Shown one piece after another: positions 61,388 through 64,000 of a stretch of DNA of 64,000 nt. Position 1 is the stretch's first letter. Every line of letters begins with the position of its first letter. Below the pieces are notes generated by a model, which worked only from the letters and a program-made list of their open reading frames with translations, did not search any database and had not been told where the DNA came from. The position numbers were made by a program, and so were the translations under genes. The stretch covers positions 3,162,001 to 3,226,000 of the forward strand of contig CM022667.1 in the NCBI GenBank assembly GCA_012295275.1, written 5' to 3'. Source of the stretch: Chrysomallon squamiferum. Taxonomy: Eukaryota > Animalia > Mollusca.

Positions 61388-63903
61388 TTTTTTTTATTTT
61401 ATTTTTTTTTTTTTTATTATTATTTTTTTATTATTTTTATTATTATTATTATTATTATTTATTATTATTATTATTATTTTTATTATTATTATTATTATTT
61501 TTTTTTTAATTATTATTATTATTTTAGTATTTTAGTATTTTTAGTAATTTTAGTATTATTATTAGTATTATTCTCAAGTATTATTCTGTTCTCCTCTACA
61601 CAGGGTTGCTTGTACCAAAGTATTACTACGTACCAGAAGAATCAGTTGAAAGAGAACGAATGAATCCTGGCAGTCAGGAGAGACTGCCCAGCCCTGAGGG
61701 ATCCACAGGTGGAGTGTTCATGTGGGGTCAGGCCATCTACATCATCAGTCAACTTCTGGGTGAGCTATTACACTCAGAACTGTTTGCGTTTTTTTCTTTT
61801 CCCTTTCCTCCAACTTGTACGATAGGTTCTGTCTTCGGTTTATAAAAACATTTTTGCTGCTTGTGTGAAATATATGTCAGTATTAGTTAAATAAAATGAA
61901 TCAATCTGAATATTGTATAAGTTTAGGTCAGTATTGTATGTCTTTTATCAGTATTTATATTTGTTTGTTTGCCTGGTTTCAGTGGAAGGTTTGCTCGCCA
62001 AAAATGGACTTGATCCTGTTCGAAGATATCTGCCAGCTCCAGAGAGACCTCGGTTCAATACTCGCTACTCTAAATTTCAGGTAAATACATTGTTAGTTCT
62101 TTCTTCTTCTTCTTCTTCTTCTTCCTCTTCCTCTTCTTGTTCTTATTCTGTGTTCCCAAAGTCATAATTAGAATTCTGTGTCTGTCCTCACCAAGAAATC
62201 TGCTGTCAGTTGAAAGGATGACATCAACATTTTTCTAACTAGAGAATATCCAAGGAATACTAAAAAACAGCACCGAGCAGTTGAATTTATTTATTAATTT
62301 GTTTAATTAATTAATTATTTAATTAATTATTTGCTTGTTTGTTAATAATTAGTTGATTGATACTGTCCTTTTGTAGGGTAAAATGATAAGCTTATTATTA
62401 TTACTGGTATTGTTATTGTTGTTATTATTATTATTATTATTTTTATTATTTTAAAATATTTATTTATTTATCATCATTAGAGTTATTTACAGCATATTAT
62501 GATTATGTTGGTTATCACTGTTACAAATATACTAATTTTTTTGTGGTCATAATTATGATTCATTAACATTAACATTATTACTATTTTATTTATTTATTTA
62601 TTTAATTATAAACATTTTATTACATCATATCAGGGTACTCCGTACGATCTCGGGATTCAGATTGTTCTGATAGCAGAGAGTGCACGTCTGCAGCAGTTGC
62701 TAGGCACCTACGGGATCCAGACGCAGACTCCACACCAGATCGAACCCATTCAGATCTGGTCGCCGAAGGAGCTGACCAAGGCCTACGAGTACCTCGGATG
62801 TAACAAGAAGCTCGGACTGTCTGGACGTCCAAGCCGACCGTTTGGTGTTCTCAGTACATCCAAGGTGAGTGTCTGGTTGTCTGGTTGTCTGTGTGTCTGT
62901 GTGTGTGTGTGTGTGTGGTCAGGGAATAGAACTAGTGGTGGTGGTGGTGATGGTGACCTGGCAGACAGAGTGGAAAGAATGCAGTGTTTTGATTAAAACA
63001 AAAATAAATTAAAAAAAGAGATAAATTTTAAAAGATTTTTGTTCTAGTCATTTTAAATCTTAATTGATTTTTTAAAAACATTTTTGTGTTGTTGTTTTTT
63101 TTAATAATAAAATATTTAGTTAGTGGTTATTTTGTGTGTGTGTGTGTGTGTGTATTTGTATGTGTTACTATAGCTACTACTTAAGACTGCCATTCCTGAT
63201 TCTGCTTCTTTTACTACTACCCCTACTAATCTACTACACTATTATTACTACTAATCTACTACTCTACTATTATTACTTGCTACTATCAATCAGCTTCCTT
63301 CAGATTTATCTCTGTTATTTATAAAAAAAAACTATAATTGATTAATATATTATTATTAATCATGTTGTTGTTGTTGATGATGTTGTTTCAGATCTATTAC
63401 TTATTAAAAAAAACTATTATTGATTAATTTATTATTATTAATATTGTTGTTGTTGTTGATGATGTTTCAGATTTACCACTATTATTATTTTTTTAAACTA
63501 TTATTGGTTAATATATTGTTATTAATGTTGTTGTTTATGAAAAAGATCTATAATTGATTAAAAAAAATTATTATTGATTAATTTATTATTATTAATCATG
63601 TTGTTGTTGTTGATGATGTTGTTTCAGATCTATTACTTATTAAAAAAACTATTATTGATTAATTTATTATTTTTTAAAATTGTTGTTGTTGTTGATGATG
63701 TTGTTTCAGATTTACCACTATTATTATTTTTTAAAAAACTATTATTGGTTAATATATTGTTATTAATGTTGTTGTTGTTGTTGATGATGTTGTTTCAGAT
63801 TTACCGGGCCTGTGGTAAGACAATATTGTGTTATCCACTCTTGTTTGAGCTGAGTGACTTCTACTTGGCCCAAGACATCAACCTTGTCATGGATGACTGC
63901 AAA
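54234..63903 (+). CDS. PHKB: Phosphorylase b kinase regulatory subunit beta, exons 1-14 (3' end outside window)
   Basis: Manually spliced GT-AG exons with consistent phases: 54234-54363, 54953-55097, 55674-55773, 56397-56504, 57177-57236, 57497-57633, 58953-59112, 59842-60038, 60519-60576, 61005-61082, 61604-61759, 61983-62080, 62634-62864, 63799-63903. The translation is collinear with PHKB as I recall it ([152 protein letters not shown]). Exon 8 has an apparent 1-bp deletion at 59911-59916. The start ATG at 54234 is less certain than the internal exons. Confidence 0.95.
55296..55442. repeat. Intronic minisatellite, ~4 x 37-43 bp
   Basis: cagtcacttgttacaagataaatgaaaatcatga repeats in PHKB intron 2. 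Confidence 0.8.
55476..55699 (+). repeat. Tandem array (4 x ~56-58 bp) spanning the PHKB exon 3 acceptor
   Basis: Unit aggtatattttaat..ttttattttgtag|acat(at)agatgatgatcaagg; AGs end at 55503, 55561, 55617 and 55673 (functional). Confidence 0.9.
56472..56875 (+). repeat. Tandem array (7 x ~44-66 bp) spanning the PHKB exon 4 donor
   Basis: Unit gtgtact.gacttcagaatatgaycacctacag|gtaaccatagcaactttatcacat...; exon-side ends at 56504 (functional), 56570, 56621, 56676, 56742, 56808 and 56852. Confidence 0.92.
57925..58993 (+). repeat. Tandem array (17 units, mostly 64-69 bp) spanning the PHKB exon 7 acceptor
   Basis: Unit attttattttatttttcttgtgtttcag|ttctattggaatggcaaaagcagctctagaggctatcaatg; AGs end at 57932, 58001, 58065, 58134, 58198, 58267, 58336, 58405, 58472, 58515, 58584, 58642, 58711, 58779, 58848, 58888 and 58952 (functional). 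Confidence 0.95.
63298..63805 (+). repeat. Tandem array (5-6 x ~80-90 bp) spanning the PHKB exon 14 acceptor
   Basis: Unit ...ttattgattaatttattattattaat..tgttgttgttgttgatgatgttgtttcag|at(tt/ct)a; AGs end at 63391, 63470, 63627, 63709 and 63798 (functional), with a degenerate copy at 63303. Confidence 0.85.
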
Positions 63904-64000
63904 GTGAGTGCTACATAATTTATTTAAATATCTCAAGTGCATCTCACATACACAGTATTAATATATATTATATATACTTACAATCTGTCTGTTTCTTATA

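Overview
AT-rich, microsatellite-dense animal genomic DNA with spliceosomal GT-AG introns. It is probably molluscan, and SINE-like remnants suggest a gastropod (inference from recalled sequence, not a search). Positions 1-27.7 kb are almost entirely non-coding, with CpG-rich motif patches between simple repeats and a possible minus-strand first exon at the left edge. A frameshifted Kelch-repeat terminal exon lies at 27.8-28.2 kb (+). A tandem array of five 4-exon TNF-superfamily ligand genes occupies 28.3-50.6 kb (-, ~4.4 kb period); three are intact and two are disrupted as assembled. A decayed YqaJ/lambda-exonuclease-type transposon remnant lies at 51.2-51.9 kb. Exons 1-14 of phosphorylase kinase beta subunit (PHKB, +) run from 54.2 kb off the right edge. 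The most unusual signal is in PHKB: four exons carry tandem arrays whose repeat unit straddles the splice junction (4, 7, 17 and 5-6 copies), so the real splice site is the innermost of many near-identical decoys. Several 1-bp homopolymer indels and scrambled paralog fragments suggest assembly or polishing errors, so the pseudogene calls are provisional. Most ORFs in the supplied track are microsatellite artefacts.
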